Below, piece after piece: positions 47,122-57,463 of a DNA stretch of 64,000 nucleotides. This DNA comes from an uncultured Gemmatimonadales bacterium (lineage in GTDB: Bacteria; Gemmatimonadota; Gemmatimonadetes; Longimicrobiales; RSA9): positions 97,919 to 161,918 of the forward strand of contig CAWAMW010000013.1 in assembly GCA_963783305.1 (NCBI GenBank), given 5' to 3'. Made by a program: the position numbers and the translations under genes. The stretch's first letter is position 1; each line of letters starts with the position of its first letter. The notes under the pieces were generated by a model. That model had not been told where the DNA came from and ran no database searches. It saw only the letters and a list, made by a program, of their open reading frames with translations.

Positions 47122-48174
47122 ATGATCAGAGCGATGCGGCTGATGACGAGCACGGTGGCGCTCGCGATCGCACTGCCACTGACCGCGCAGGAGAGCTACA
47201 CCGTCGCGGGGAACGACATCGCCATTTACAACCTGGCCGGTGAGGTGACCGTGACGGGCGCCTCCGGGCGGGCTGTCACGGTAGAGGTGAGGCGGGGCGG
47301 CAGCGATGGCGGAGAGCTGGACGTGGAGGTGGGCGAGCTGAACGACCGCCAGACGCTTCGGGTGCTGTACCCATCCGACCGCATTTCCTACGACGCGGGC
47401 CGGCAGGGCGGGAGCACGACTCTACGGGTCCGGTCCGATGGTACGTGGGGCCATGATGACGGCAGTTGGTTCGGCCGTGGGGACCGGGTACGGATCTCCA
47501 GCCGCCGCGGCGGTCTGGAGGCGCATGCAGACCTGCACGTGGGCGTGCCGGAAGGGCAGCGCGTGGCCATTCACCTGGCTGTGGGGGTGATCACCGCCTC
47601 CAATGTGAGCGGCGACATCCTGCTGGACACGCACGCTGGCGGCGTCGGGGCGCGGGACATGACCGGCCGCCTGATGGTCGATACCGGCTCCGGCGCCGTG
47701 GAGGTGATCGGCATGGATGGCGATCTGGGGATCGACACCGGGTCGGGTCGCGTGCGCGTGGCCAATGTGACCGGCGATGATCTGGGGATCGACACCGGCT
47801 CCGGCAGCGTGGAGGCGGATGGCGTGGCAGCTCGCCGGATCCTCATTGACACGGGATCGGGGAGCGTCACCCTCCGGCGCGCTTCGGCGCCCGACGTGCG
47901 CCTGGATACCGGCAGCGGGTCGGTGGAGGCGGAGCTGGCCGACCGGATCGATCACCTGGTGGTGGATACCGGGTCGGGGAGCGTGACCCTCAGGCTGTCC
48001 GGCGAGCTCGACGCGACCCTGGCAATCGAGACCGGCAGTGGCGGGATCGACGTGGACTTCCCCATCATGGTTACGCACCGCTCACGCGACGAGCTGCATG
48101 GGACCGTGGGCAACGGGAATGGCAGGATCATCATTGATACCGGGTCGGGTGGAGTCAGGATCCGAACCCGGTAG
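47122..48174 (+). CDS. Exported DUF4097-type beta-strand repeat protein
   Basis: Signal peptide ending LTA-Q; about 8 DTGSG repeats at 19-21 aa spacing. Confidence 0.88.
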   Translation: MIRAMRLMTSTVALAIALPLTAQESYTVAGNDIAIYNLAGEVTVTGASGRAVTVEVRRGGSDGGELDVEVGELNDRQTLRVLYPSDRISYDAGRQGGSTTLRVRSDGTWGHDDGSWFGRGDRVRISSRRGGLEAHADLHVGVPEGQRVAIHLAVGVITASNVSGDILLDTHAGGVGARDMTGRLMVDTGSGAVEVIGMDGDLGIDTGSGRVRVANVTGDDLGIDTGSGSVEADGVAARRILIDTGSGSVTLRRASAPDVRLDTGSGSVEAELADRIDHLVVDTGSGSVTLRLSGELDATLAIETGSGGIDVDFPIMVTHRSRDELHGTVGNGNGRIIIDTGSGGVRIRTR

Positions 48175-48186
48175 AAGGGGCCGGAG

Positions 48187-49056
48187 ATGAACGGCAGGCG
48201 GCGCGTTGCGGCTGGATGGAGCACGATCAACGCGGCGTCGGGCGCCGTTCTTCTGGTCCTCAGTGGGTGCGCAGGGGCGGGTGACCCCGCGCAGCCGCCG
48301 GCCCTGGCGTATGGAGAGCCGGACCCGAACCCCGCCACCTACACCTTCAGCGACACGGCGAGCTTCGAGATCCAGGCACCGGGCTACGGCGTCATGGAGG
48401 TGGAGACGGCGCACACGGGAACGGCGGAGCTCCGGTTCCAGGAAGGTGCGGGGGGCTACGACGTCCAGGTTCGATTCCCGGAGCTGGACGGCAGCTTCCG
48501 GAGTGCCGGTCAGGGCGAAGAGCGGATAACGGCGTCGGACGTCGGCGGGCCGATCGGCGTGGATCTCTCGTTCCGCGGTGTGGTGGCGGTGGTCGACACG
48601 CCGGCGGTGACCGCCGCGTTCGAGGAAGTGGTGGGAGTGGAGGCGCTGGTCCGACCGCTGTTCGTCCGCCTCCCCGGCTACGCCGTCCGCGCCGGCGCCC
48701 GCTGGGTCGATACCGTGGTGACGCGGGAGGAGTCGGGCGGAACCGCCTCGACGGGGACGAGTGTGATCGTCTCGACGCTCCTCGGCGACACGCTGGTGAA
48801 CGGCAGACGGCTGCTCCGGATCGGGACGCACACGGAGACTTCCCTGGAGGTGGTCGGGACCTCGGGGGGTGCGGAGATCGAGGAGCAGCTCTCGGGAACC
48901 GTGGAAGGCCGCGTCCTCTGGGACCCCGAGGCCAGCCTGCTCTTCGCCCGCACGGAGAGCGGTGAGCTCTCCGGGACCCTCGTGCTTCCGGGCACAGGCG
49001 CTCCCGCGATGCCCGTCTCGGCACGCGTCCGACGCGCCGTGGCACTGCGGCCCTGA
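48187..49056 (+). CDS. Hypothetical lipoprotein
   Basis: Lipobox LSGC; beta-rich body. Confidence 0.75.
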   Translation: MNGRRRVAAGWSTINAASGAVLLVLSGCAGAGDPAQPPALAYGEPDPNPATYTFSDTASFEIQAPGYGVMEVETAHTGTAELRFQEGAGGYDVQVRFPELDGSFRSAGQGEERITASDVGGPIGVDLSFRGVVAVVDTPAVTAAFEEVVGVEALVRPLFVRLPGYAVRAGARWVDTVVTREESGGTASTGTSVIVSTLLGDTLVNGRRLLRIGTHTETSLEVVGTSGGAEIEEQLSGTVEGRVLWDPEASLLFARTESGELSGTLVLPGTGAPAMPVSARVRRAVALRP

Positions 49057-49068
49057 GGCCGGCCGGCG

Positions 49069-50805
49069 CTACTCCCGGTCCTGGAGGACGATGCGGACGG
49101 CGAGGATGATGCCGGCCAGTGCCGCGGCGACGAAAAGGAGCAGGGCCAGGGCGGGGTAGCCCAGGAGCCTGGGGCCGCCATCCACACCCACCAGCATGGC
49201 GGCGCCCACGATGAGCGCGGCGATCACCAGTCCCAGCGTGATCCGGTTGGCGATCTTCTCGAGCCCGGCGATGAGCCGGACCTCGTCGATGGCATTGACC
49301 TCCAGCGACAACTCGTTCCGCGAGAGCAGCTCCATGAACCGGTTGAGGCGTCCGGGCATCTGCTGCACCAGCTCATTGGCCTCCAGCGCCGCCCTGAAGA
49401 TGGCCGAGGGGCTCAGCGACGCCATCATCTGCCGCTCCATGAGGTCGGCTGCATGCCGCCGGATGGCCGCATTCGGGTCCAGCTCCGGGTCCAGCGCTCG
49501 CGACACCTCGTCCAGGTGCATGAGCGTCTTGCCCAGCATGGCCAGCGATGACGGCGGCCGGATGTGGTGCTCGCCGGCGAGTCGGACCAGCTGCAGCACG
49601 ACGGCGCCCAGCGCGATCTCGCCTGCGGTGCGACCCTGCGCCCGCAGCACCAGCTCCGATACCGCCATGGAGAAGCCCTGCCGATCGGCGTCCTCCTCCG
49701 GCTCGCCCAGGTCGAGGAGTAGCTCCGCCGCCTCGTCCGCCTCGCCATTGGCCACCGCGAGGAGCAGCTTCGTGAGCGAGTCGCGGGAGTCCGGGCTGAG
49801 CGTCGCCGTCTGTCCAAGATCCAGGAGCGCGATCCTGCGGTCGTCCGTTACGAACACGTTCCCCGGGTGCGGATCGGCATGGAAGAAGCCGTCCACCAGG
49901 ATCTGCTTCAGGTAGGCCCGGAACAGGTCGTCCGCGAGCCCCTCCCGATCGAGCTCCAGCATGGCGACGGCGCTCAACGCCGTGATCCTCCTCCCATGGA
50001 TCAGCTCCATGGTGAGGACGCGGGAGGTGCTGTAGTCCTCCACCGGCCGCGGCACCTGGATCGTCTCCATCTCCCTCAGGTTCCGACGCAGCGTTTCGAG
50101 GTTGCGGGCCTCGTTGCGGAAATCCAGCTCCTGGATCAGCGATCGACGGAACTGCCCGAGGATGTCGGCCAGCCGGTATCGGTGCGCCCGCTCCGAATGC
50201 TCATCGAGGAACACGGCGAGGTCTTCCAGGGCGTCCAGGTCGTCGAGCACGATTTCGCGGATCCCCGGCCGCTGGACCTTGACGGCCACCACCCTGCCGT
50301 TCCGAAGCACCGCTCGGTGCACCTGGGCGAGTGAGGCCGAGGCCATGGGCTCCGGGTCGAACTCCTGGAACGCTTTCGAGAGCCGGACGCCCAGCTCCTC
50401 CGATACCCGCCGCTCGACTTCCTCGAATGGGAATGGGGCCACCCGGTCCTGCAGCCGCGCCAGCGCGTGGATGTAGGCGGGCGGCAGGATGTCCACGCGC
50501 GAGGAGAGGAGCTGACCCAGCTTGATGTAGGTGGGGCCCAACCGCTCCAGGTCCTCCGCCAGTCGCTCCGCCGACCGGGCCTCCTCGGACTCCGCGGCAG
50601 CCTCGGCGGCACCGGCCGACGGATCGTCCGGATCCGCGTCCTCCCCGGTCGTCGCGGTCGGCGGCGTCTCCGGACGCTCCGCCTCCTGCTCCAGGAGCGC
50701 GTCCAGACCGGACTGCCGCGCCAGATCGATGCGGCCGTGCCGGACCAGCAGCGCGGCGATCTGGCCGTATCGCTTCACGTGTCTGGAGTCGATCGTCAGC
50801 CCCAT
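49069..50805 (-). CDS. ABC1/AarF/UbiB-family atypical kinase
   Basis: [46 protein letters not shown]; two C-terminal TMs. ATG at 50805. Confidence 0.93.
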   Translation of the reverse strand: MGLTIDSRHVKRYGQIAALLVRHGRIDLARQSGLDALLEQEAERPETPPTATTGEDADPDDPSAGAAEAAAESEEARSAERLAEDLERLGPTYIKLGQLLSSRVDILPPAYIHALARLQDRVAPFPFEEVERRVSEELGVRLSKAFQEFDPEPMASASLAQVHRAVLRNGRVVAVKVQRPGIREIVLDDLDALEDLAVFLDEHSERAHRYRLADILGQFRRSLIQELDFRNEARNLETLRRNLREMETIQVPRPVEDYSTSRVLTMELIHGRRITALSAVAMLELDREGLADDLFRAYLKQILVDGFFHADPHPGNVFVTDDRRIALLDLGQTATLSPDSRDSLTKLLLAVANGEADEAAELLLDLGEPEEDADRQGFSMAVSELVLRAQGRTAGEIALGAVVLQLVRLAGEHHIRPPSSLAMLGKTLMHLDEVSRALDPELDPNAAIRRHAADLMERQMMASLSPSAIFRAALEANELVQQMPGRLNRFMELLSRNELSLEVNAIDEVRLIAGLEKIANRITLGLVIAALIVGAAMLVGVDGGPRLLGYPALALLLFVAAALAGIILAVRIVLQDRE

Positions 50806-50925
50806 AACTCCCCGCTTTGTGTGATCTTCCACGGGCCGGTATGCAAGAAGCGGGGCAGGTAGAGGACGGGTGGTAGGGGCGGTCCGGCTGGCGTATCTTC
50901 CGATCAGCCGGGGACCAGGAGAGGA

Positions 50926-51807
50926 ATGACGGGAATCAGGTTGGGACGCATTTTCGGGATCGACGTGCACCTGCACGGGTCCTGGCTCATCATCGCCGGT
51001 CTCGTCATGTGGAGCCTCGTTTCCGGAGCGCTCCCCGCCGATTTCCCGGAGGTAGTGGGCGGTGCGCGCATCGCCATGGCCGCGGCGATCACGCTCCTTT
51101 TCTTCCTCTCGCTCCTCATCCACGAGCTGGCCCATTCCGTGGTGGCCATGGCTCGCGGGATCCCCGTCGACCGGATCACCTTCTTCCTCTTCGGAGGGAT
51201 GGCGCAGACGAGCAGGGACAGCCGCAGCCCGGGCGAGGAGTTCCTGATCGCCATCGCGGGGCCACTCAGCAGTCTCCTGCTCGCGGGGATCGCCTTCACG
51301 CTCTGGTACGTCGGGAGCGCAGCGGGGTGGAGCAACGCCCTGGTCGGGAGCGCCGCCTACATCGGTGTCCTGAACCTGGTGCTCGCCCTGTTCAATATGC
51401 TCCCCGGCTTCCCCATGGACGGCGGCCGGGTCCTGCGGGCGGTGATCTGGAAGGCGACGGGGAGCGTAACGCGGGCGACGCTCTGGGCGTCGCGGGTGGG
51501 TGCGGGCATGGCGTGGCTGCTCATGGCGTATGGCGCCTGGCTGGTCCTTGGGGGGGATCTGATGGGCGGGGTGTGGCTGATCTTCATCGCCTGGTTCATC
51601 CGCCACGCCGCACGCTCCAGCTATCAGCAGCACCTGATGGTCCGGATGCGCGAGATGGCGCGGGAGGGATTCCTGTCGGAGTACCCATGGTCCGGTCCTG
51701 AACCGGGGCCGACCGGTGCCAGGCCACCGGAGGGGCACGCCGGCCCTGGAGGAGATGACCTTACGGCCGGCCGGGACGTGACTCACCTGAGCGATACAGA
51801 CCACTGA
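50926..51807 (+). CDS. Site-2 protease (M50 intramembrane zinc metalloprotease), no CBS domains
   Basis: HELAH, FGG, IAIAGP, FNMLPGFPMDGGR. Confidence 0.93.
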   Translation: MTGIRLGRIFGIDVHLHGSWLIIAGLVMWSLVSGALPADFPEVVGGARIAMAAAITLLFFLSLLIHELAHSVVAMARGIPVDRITFFLFGGMAQTSRDSRSPGEEFLIAIAGPLSSLLLAGIAFTLWYVGSAAGWSNALVGSAAYIGVLNLVLALFNMLPGFPMDGGRVLRAVIWKATGSVTRATLWASRVGAGMAWLLMAYGAWLVLGGDLMGGVWLIFIAWFIRHAARSSYQQHLMVRMREMAREGFLSEYPWSGPEPGPTGARPPEGHAGPGGDDLTAGRDVTHLSDTDH

Positions 51808-52616
51808 TGTTCGAGATCCCCAACGATCGGTTGCCACCGGGGTTTGCCGACACCGTGGACGACCCGCCGGCGCAGCCCGCGCCCCCGCGCCCGGCGGCGA
51901 CCATTGTTCCGCTCCGTGACAGCGGTGCGGACGGGCTCGAGGTGCTGCTCATGCGCCGGCACGCCCGGAGCGGGTTCGTCCCGGGGGCATGGGTGTTTCC
52001 GGGTGGTCGCGTGGATCCGGCCGACAGCGCGCCACCACTCTACCAGCGGATCCGGGGTCTGCCCTCGGACCCGGAGCCAACGTCGGCGTTCTGGACGGCG
52101 GCGCTGCGTGAGCTCTTCGAGGAAACGGGCGTGCTCCTCGCCCGGAACGCGCGCGACGAGTGGATGGTGGACGCGTCGTCACACCGGCCGCTGGAAGCCC
52201 TCCGAAGCGACCTCATGGAGGGCGAAACGAGCCTGATGGACATCCTCGACGCCCTCGAACTGGACCTGGACGCCTCGGGGATGGTCCACATTGCGCACTG
52301 GGTGACCCCGGTCGTGGAGCCCCGTCGCTACGATACCCACTTCTTCGCCGCCGCCCTCCCACCGGGGCACACCGCGGCCGCGGACCCCCGGGAGATGACC
52401 GAGGCGGTGTGGCTGGCGCCCGCCGCCGCACTGCGTCGTTTCGAGGCGGGCGACCTGCCCATGGTGTTCCCAACCGTCAGGACCCTGGAGGAGCTCCGGG
52501 AGTACCATTCCACCGAAGACGTCATCGACAGCTTCCGCCACCGGACCGTTACCCGGATCCTTCCGCGCCTCGTGCGGACCGAGACCGGTGTGGCCATCGT
52601 GGTGGATCGTTCCTGA
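51807..52616 (+). CDS. NUDIX hydrolase (NUDT19-like)
   Basis: RPAAT, WVFPGGRVD..ALRELFEETG, HWVTP..RRYDTHFF, MVFPT. Confidence 0.88.
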   Translation: MFEIPNDRLPPGFADTVDDPPAQPAPPRPAATIVPLRDSGADGLEVLLMRRHARSGFVPGAWVFPGGRVDPADSAPPLYQRIRGLPSDPEPTSAFWTAALRELFEETGVLLARNARDEWMVDASSHRPLEALRSDLMEGETSLMDILDALELDLDASGMVHIAHWVTPVVEPRRYDTHFFAAALPPGHTAAADPREMTEAVWLAPAAALRRFEAGDLPMVFPTVRTLEELREYHSTEDVIDSFRHRTVTRILPRLVRTETGVAIVVDRS

Positions 52617-52634
52617 ATCCGAACCCCGATCTTC

Positions 52635-54089
52635 ATGCGACCCACCACGCTCGGCGCGCTCAAGGACTCCGGCTACCAGACCCGCACCGTCAAGGACGAG
52701 GTGCGAGCCAACCTGCTTCGGAAACTCGAGGCTGGAGACGAGCTGTTCCCGGGGGTTCTGGGATACGAGGAGACGGTCGAGCCGCAGATCGTCAACGCGG
52801 TGCTGGCGCGCCAGAACTTCATCCTGCTGGGGCTGCGCGGGCAGGCGAAGAGTCGGATCGTGCGGCAGCTCGCGAGCCTGCTGGACGAGAGCATGCCGAT
52901 CATCGCGGGGAGCGAGGTGAACGACGATCCACTCCGCCCGATCTCGAAGCACGGCCGCCAGACGGTGGAGGAGATGGGGGAAGACACGCCCATTGAATGG
53001 GTGGGCCGGGACGCCCGTTATATCGAGAAGCTGGCAACGCCGGACGTGACCATCGCCGACATCATTGGCGACCTCGATCCCATCCGTGCGGCTCGCGGTG
53101 GGCACGTGCTGGCCGACGAGCTCACCATCCACTTCGGCCTGCTGCCCCGGGCGAACCGCGGCATCTTCGCGGTGAATGAGCTGCCGGACCTGGCCGGCCG
53201 GATCCAGGTGGGACTCTTCAACATCATGCAGGAGGGGGACGTCCAGATCAAAGGATATCCCGTTCGACTCCCGCTGGACGTGCTGCTGGTTTTCACCGCC
53301 AACCCCGAGGACTACACCGCCCGGGGCAAGATCATCACGCCACTCAAGGACCGGATTGGCGCGGAGATCATGACGCACTACCCGGAGGAGGTCGAAGACG
53401 GGATGGCGATCACGCGGCAGGAGGCGTGGGTCGAGCGCGGCGGGAAGCCGGTGGAGGTCCCGGTCTTCGTGGGCGAGATGATCGAGCGGGTGGCGTTCCT
53501 CGCCCGCACGGACAAGCGGATCGACCAGCGGAGCGGCGTGAGCCAGCGGCTGCCCATCACGGTGCTGGAGAACGCCGTGAGCAACGCCGAGCGGCGTGCG
53601 GTGCTCCTGGGCGAGGAGAGCGTGGTACCGCGCGTGAGCGACGTGCACGCGGCGCTCCCGGCCATCACGGGGAAGATGGAGCTGGAGTACGAGGGCGAGC
53701 TTCAGGGCGCTGCGAAGATCGCCCGTGAGCTCGTGTCCCGGGCCGCGTTGGAGACGTTCGAGAGCCGGCGTCGTCTTCCGGTGGATGACGAGCTGGACGA
53801 GATCGTCGACCACTTCGACCGGGGGGGCGTGGTCCAGCTGGCGGACATGGCGCGGGACGAAGCGCTCCTGGAGGGACTGGCGGGTGTGCCATCTCTCATG
53901 AAGGTGGTCGCGGGACTGGATATCGAAGGGACGTCGGACGGCGCGCGCGCCGCCGCGGCCGAGCTCGTGCTGGAGGCGCTGGTGGCGGAACGACGGATCA
54001 GCCGGAACGAGGCCGGCCGGTACAGCCGCGGCAGGCGGCGTCCGCCGGCCGCTGGCGGGCCACAGTTTCCGGGGACCCTGGAAATCTGA
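52635..54089 (+). CDS. Magnesium-chelatase/MoxR-like AAA+ ATPase
   Basis: Variant Walker [50 protein letters not shown]. Confidence 0.88.
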   Translation: MRPTTLGALKDSGYQTRTVKDEVRANLLRKLEAGDELFPGVLGYEETVEPQIVNAVLARQNFILLGLRGQAKSRIVRQLASLLDESMPIIAGSEVNDDPLRPISKHGRQTVEEMGEDTPIEWVGRDARYIEKLATPDVTIADIIGDLDPIRAARGGHVLADELTIHFGLLPRANRGIFAVNELPDLAGRIQVGLFNIMQEGDVQIKGYPVRLPLDVLLVFTANPEDYTARGKIITPLKDRIGAEIMTHYPEEVEDGMAITRQEAWVERGGKPVEVPVFVGEMIERVAFLARTDKRIDQRSGVSQRLPITVLENAVSNAERRAVLLGEESVVPRVSDVHAALPAITGKMELEYEGELQGAAKIARELVSRAALETFESRRRLPVDDELDEIVDHFDRGGVVQLADMARDEALLEGLAGVPSLMKVVAGLDIEGTSDGARAAAAELVLEALVAERRISRNEAGRYSRGRRRPPAAGGPQFPGTLEI

Positions 54090-54107
54090 CGCGGCGCATC
54101 GAGGTCG

Positions 54108-55073
54108 TCACCGCTCGCCGGAGCCGAGCACCCTGCGGCGGAACTCATCGAAGCCTGGCACCTCGGTGAGCTGCCCGTCCGCGATTCCCGCAAGCTCTTC
54201 CGCCTCCCTCCACTCCGATTCCAGCAGCTCCGCCTCGCTCTGCTCGTCGAGCGCCATGCCGAGGGCGAGCCGATCCCGCCCTGGAATCTCGCCCAGCGTC
54301 AACTCGGCGCGGCCGAGGTGATGCAGGAATCCAGCAGGCCCCTCCGCCCGGTCCAGGTGCCGGGCGGCCTCGGCCACCGTGGGCTCCGCCACGAGGCGGC
54401 GGTTTACGATGGCGAGCCCGAGTCGGAGCGCGGGGCGCGCCTCAATCGCCGGGACCGCGACCTGCTGGTCGCACAGGGCGCAGCTCGCCACCATCGCCAG
54501 GTCGCCGCCGACGGTGGTCAGACGAAGCCCCTGGAACTGCCACGGGGCCAGCGCCATCGGACCCCCGCACGCGGGGCACGACTCCGCGAGCGGGACGTGG
54601 AGGAACGCGGCCGTCAGCGTGAGCGCGTCATCGATGAACGGGGAAGCGAACCAATGGTCGCTGGTCACGGGCTCGAAGAGACCGAGGCCATGACCGGCGT
54701 TGTAGCCGAACGCGCTCGTTGGCATCCCGAGTACCAGCCGGCGCAGCCAGGCAAGGATTCCCGGGACGCTCGTCTGCGGCAGGAGGTCGCCGTAACGCCA
54801 TCCGGCGAGCTCCGGTCTCGGCGCCCGCCCCACGCGGATCAGCTGTCCCGCGCCGGTGTCTACCAGGTCCAGGTGCTCCGTGCGCAGCAGCGCGCGACCG
54901 GCATCACGGGCGGAGCGCTCCAGCTCTTCCATGGTCTCCCAGCGCTCCTCCAGCGGCGCGACGTTCCAGCGCCGGCATTCCGGGCACACCCGCCAGAGCC
55001 GACCCAGCCACGGGTCGAAAGCTGGCCGGGTGCGGACGTCATCGAGCTCGTGATCACAGAATACGCACGTCAT
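54108..55073 (-). CDS. Hypothetical protein with four CxxC motifs (two putative Zn ribbons)
   Basis: MTCVFC..AFDP..GRLW.VCPEC.RWN and CPAC..CALC. ATG at 55073. Confidence 0.72.
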   Translation of the reverse strand: MTCVFCDHELDDVRTRPAFDPWLGRLWRVCPECRRWNVAPLEERWETMEELERSARDAGRALLRTEHLDLVDTGAGQLIRVGRAPRPELAGWRYGDLLPQTSVPGILAWLRRLVLGMPTSAFGYNAGHGLGLFEPVTSDHWFASPFIDDALTLTAAFLHVPLAESCPACGGPMALAPWQFQGLRLTTVGGDLAMVASCALCDQQVAVPAIEARPALRLGLAIVNRRLVAEPTVAEAARHLDRAEGPAGFLHHLGRAELTLGEIPGRDRLALGMALDEQSEAELLESEWREAEELAGIADGQLTEVPGFDEFRRRVLGSGER

Positions 55074-55177
55074 GCAGGAAGTTCGGGTCTGCACCGCGCC
55101 CAGGAAAGGGCCGCGCGTGGCACCGGTGGGCGCGGTGTCCGGTTGCAGGCGGGTCGGAGTGCAGGCATGTTGGCGCC

Positions 55178-55837
55178 ATGAGCGGCAATGAGCAGCGGAG
55201 GCGTCCGGTCGTCCTGGGGGTGGCCGGGGGCAGTGGGAGCGGCAAGACCACGGTCGTGCGGCGGTTGATCGACGCCCTGGGTGGCGACCAGGACGTGGCG
55301 GTCCTGCACCACGATTCCTATTACCGTGACGCCTCGCACCTGCCACCCGAGGAGCGGCGGGAGATCAACTACGATCATCCCGACTCGCTGGAGACCGAGC
55401 TTCTCATTGCCCACCTCGAGACGCTTCTGGCCTCGTCGGCCGTGCAGGTACCGGTGTACGATTTCGCGAACCACGTCCGGACCGACCGGACGGCACCGGT
55501 CGAGCCCCGCCCCGTCATCATCCTCGACGGGATTCTCATCCTGTGGGACCGGCGACTGCGGGAGCTGATGGACGTGAAGCTCTTCGTGGACGCGGACGCG
55601 GACGTCAGGCTCGGGCGTCGGCTCCGCCGGGACATGGAGGAGCGCGGCCGGTCCCCCGACTCGGTTCTCGCCCAGTACATGAAGACCGTGCGACCCATGC
55701 ACCTGGAGTTCGTCGAGCCGAGCAAGCGCTACGCGGATGTCATCATCCCCAGGGGCGGTCACAACCGCGTGGGCGTGGACATGGTGGTCGCCACCGTCCG
55801 CTCCCTGGCGGCGAGCAGGAAAGCCGGAACGGCGTAG
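55178..55837 (+). CDS. udk: Uridine kinase
   Basis: GVAGGSGSGKTT, DSYY, NYDHPDS, PVYDF, RRDMEERGR, FVEPSKRYADVIIP. Confidence 0.96.
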   Translation: MSGNEQRRRPVVLGVAGGSGSGKTTVVRRLIDALGGDQDVAVLHHDSYYRDASHLPPEERREINYDHPDSLETELLIAHLETLLASSAVQVPVYDFANHVRTDRTAPVEPRPVIILDGILILWDRRLRELMDVKLFVDADADVRLGRRLRRDMEERGRSPDSVLAQYMKTVRPMHLEFVEPSKRYADVIIPRGGHNRVGVDMVVATVRSLAASRKAGTA

Positions 55838-55920
55838 CAGCCCGTGCGGCTCTCCTCGCCGGATGCTAAATTGCTGATACTGTCCGGCCCCACCAACCCC
55901 CTGCCAGCTGGAGGATTCCC

Positions 55921-56601
55921 ATGACACGTACGCTCACGCTCGTCGTCGCGACCTTTCTCATGGCCGCCCCGGCGGCCGCTCAGGAGCACGACGCCCACGC
56001 CCTCCCCGACCACGGCCCGGCGGTCACGGCGGAAGGCATGCCAGACGGCTGGCTCATGCGGTTCGATCGACCGGATGCTTCGGCGGAAATGGCCGATTTC
56101 CAGGTCATGGAGCCCGGATGGCATGTCAAGACCGGCCGCTCGGGCGCCGGTGTCTACTGGATGGAGGGCATGGGCGGCAGCGGCGAGTACCGGGCCCACA
56201 CCCGCTACCACCTGTTCTCGCCGGCGAGTCACGCCGAAGCGTTCGGCCTCTTCGTGGGCGGAGAGGGGCTCGGCAGCGCAGAGCAGGAGTACCTCTACTT
56301 CCTCGTCCGGCAGACGGGGGAATACCTCATCAAGCGCAGGGTGGGGAGTGAGACCGCGGATATCGTGGGATGGACCCGCCACGAAGCGATTCCCGTGGCC
56401 CCCGCGGGCGAGCAGGGCCCCACGCAGTACGACCTCGCCGTGGACGTTGGGCCGGAGACTGTGAGCTTCACCGTCAACGGAACAACCGTGCATACGCTGC
56501 CCCGGTCGGAGGTGGACACCGATGGCGTGGTGGGGCTCCGCATCAACCACATGCTGGACGTACACGTTGAGGAGCTGGCAGTGGACAGCGACGACGGTTG
56601 A
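55921..56601 (+). CDS. Exported beta-sandwich hypothetical protein
   Basis: RBS GGAGG, signal peptide ending AAA-Q, beta-rich aromatic body ending GVVGLRINH. Confidence 0.78.
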   Translation: MTRTLTLVVATFLMAAPAAAQEHDAHALPDHGPAVTAEGMPDGWLMRFDRPDASAEMADFQVMEPGWHVKTGRSGAGVYWMEGMGGSGEYRAHTRYHLFSPASHAEAFGLFVGGEGLGSAEQEYLYFLVRQTGEYLIKRRVGSETADIVGWTRHEAIPVAPAGEQGPTQYDLAVDVGPETVSFTVNGTTVHTLPRSEVDTDGVVGLRINHMLDVHVEELAVDSDDG

Positions 56602-56656
56602 ACGGTACAGGCGGTACAGCGTCTGGCGCGGCTGCGACCAGGGATTGAAGACGTGA

Positions 56657-56690
56657 GAGCCCCCGGCGGACCGCAGTCCGTCGGGGGCTC
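56657..56690. terminator. Hairpin terminator between convergent genes (likely for hsp20)
   Basis: GAGCCCCCGGCGGAC-CGCA-GTCCGTCGGGGGCTC long stem. Confidence 0.7.
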
Positions 56691-56714
56691 CGGCGTTCGG
56701 CTGAGAGTCGCGCG

Positions 56715-57191
56715 TCAGCTTACGTCGCGGCCGCTCTCGAGCTTCTCCGATCCGCTCTCCGCGATCTCGATCTTGCGGCCCTTGGCCTCCTCCGCCTTGG
56801 GCACCCGGATCGAGAGGATCCCGTTTTCGTACTGCGCCGTGATCCGGGCGGAGTCCACCGCCCGCGGCAGCGTGAACCGGCGCGTGAACGAGCCCCAGCG
56901 CCGCTCGTAGAGCAGCCCCTGCGCTCCCTCCTCCTTCCGCTCGTCCTTCTTCTCACCCTGGATCGTCAGGACGCCGTCCTCCATCTCGATGTCGATGGCA
57001 TCCCGGTTCACACCAGGAAGCTCGGCCGTGAGTACGATCTCGTCCGCCGTCTCCTCGACGTCCACCGGGGGCGCCCAGAGGTCGCTCGCCTGTCCGAGCG
57101 AGCCGCCAAACAGTGTGTCCATCTCGCGCGCCAGCCGGTTCATGTCCGCCCAGGGTCCCCTCGTCCGCCGCACTACAGGCACTCGTGCCAT
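56715..57191 (-). CDS. Hsp20/alpha-crystallin small heat shock protein
   Basis: PPVDVEET..AELPGV..LTIQGEK..ERRWGSFTRRFTLP..AQYENGILSIRVPK. Confidence 0.96.
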   Translation of the reverse strand: MARVPVVRRTRGPWADMNRLAREMDTLFGGSLGQASDLWAPPVDVEETADEIVLTAELPGVNRDAIDIEMEDGVLTIQGEKKDERKEEGAQGLLYERRWGSFTRRFTLPRAVDSARITAQYENGILSIRVPKAEEAKGRKIEIAESGSEKLESGRDVS

Positions 57192-57273
57192 GGTGTTCCT
57201 CCGCTTTCTTGATGTTCGTCCCTGTCTCTCTGCGCATTACGCGCCACCCGGCGCGTTGCCGGTTACTTGTCAC

Positions 57274-57289
57274 GGCAGCGAGCGTACCA
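57274..57289 (-). promoter_or_regulatory. Candidate sigma-54 promoter for hsp20
   Basis: Minus strand TGGTACGCTCGCTGCC (GG-N10-GC), about 80 nt upstream of the ATG. Confidence 0.35.
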
Positions 57290-57463
57290 CCTTTTGCGGT
57301 CATTATGGCAGATGTTTGCGACCCCCGGGGTGCAATGCTGGCCGGGGACTGCCATGGGCGGCACGGGCGGGGAAGGCCGGCGCGCCGGGGAGGTGGGTGG
57401 GCGGGTGGCGCAGGGCTTTCGCGCCTCCTAGCTTGGAACCCCATCCCAGCCGCAGGAGGTTTC

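Noticed and set aside
47660..48150. Recurring GAYACCGGNTCNGG DNA repeats
   Set aside because: They encode the DTGSG protein repeats of the DUF4097 gene and are not an independent DNA element.
50806..51837. N-terminal 344 aa of the 922-aa track ORF 49069..51837
   Set aside because: Shadow of the site-2 protease gene; the kinase most likely starts at ATG 50805.
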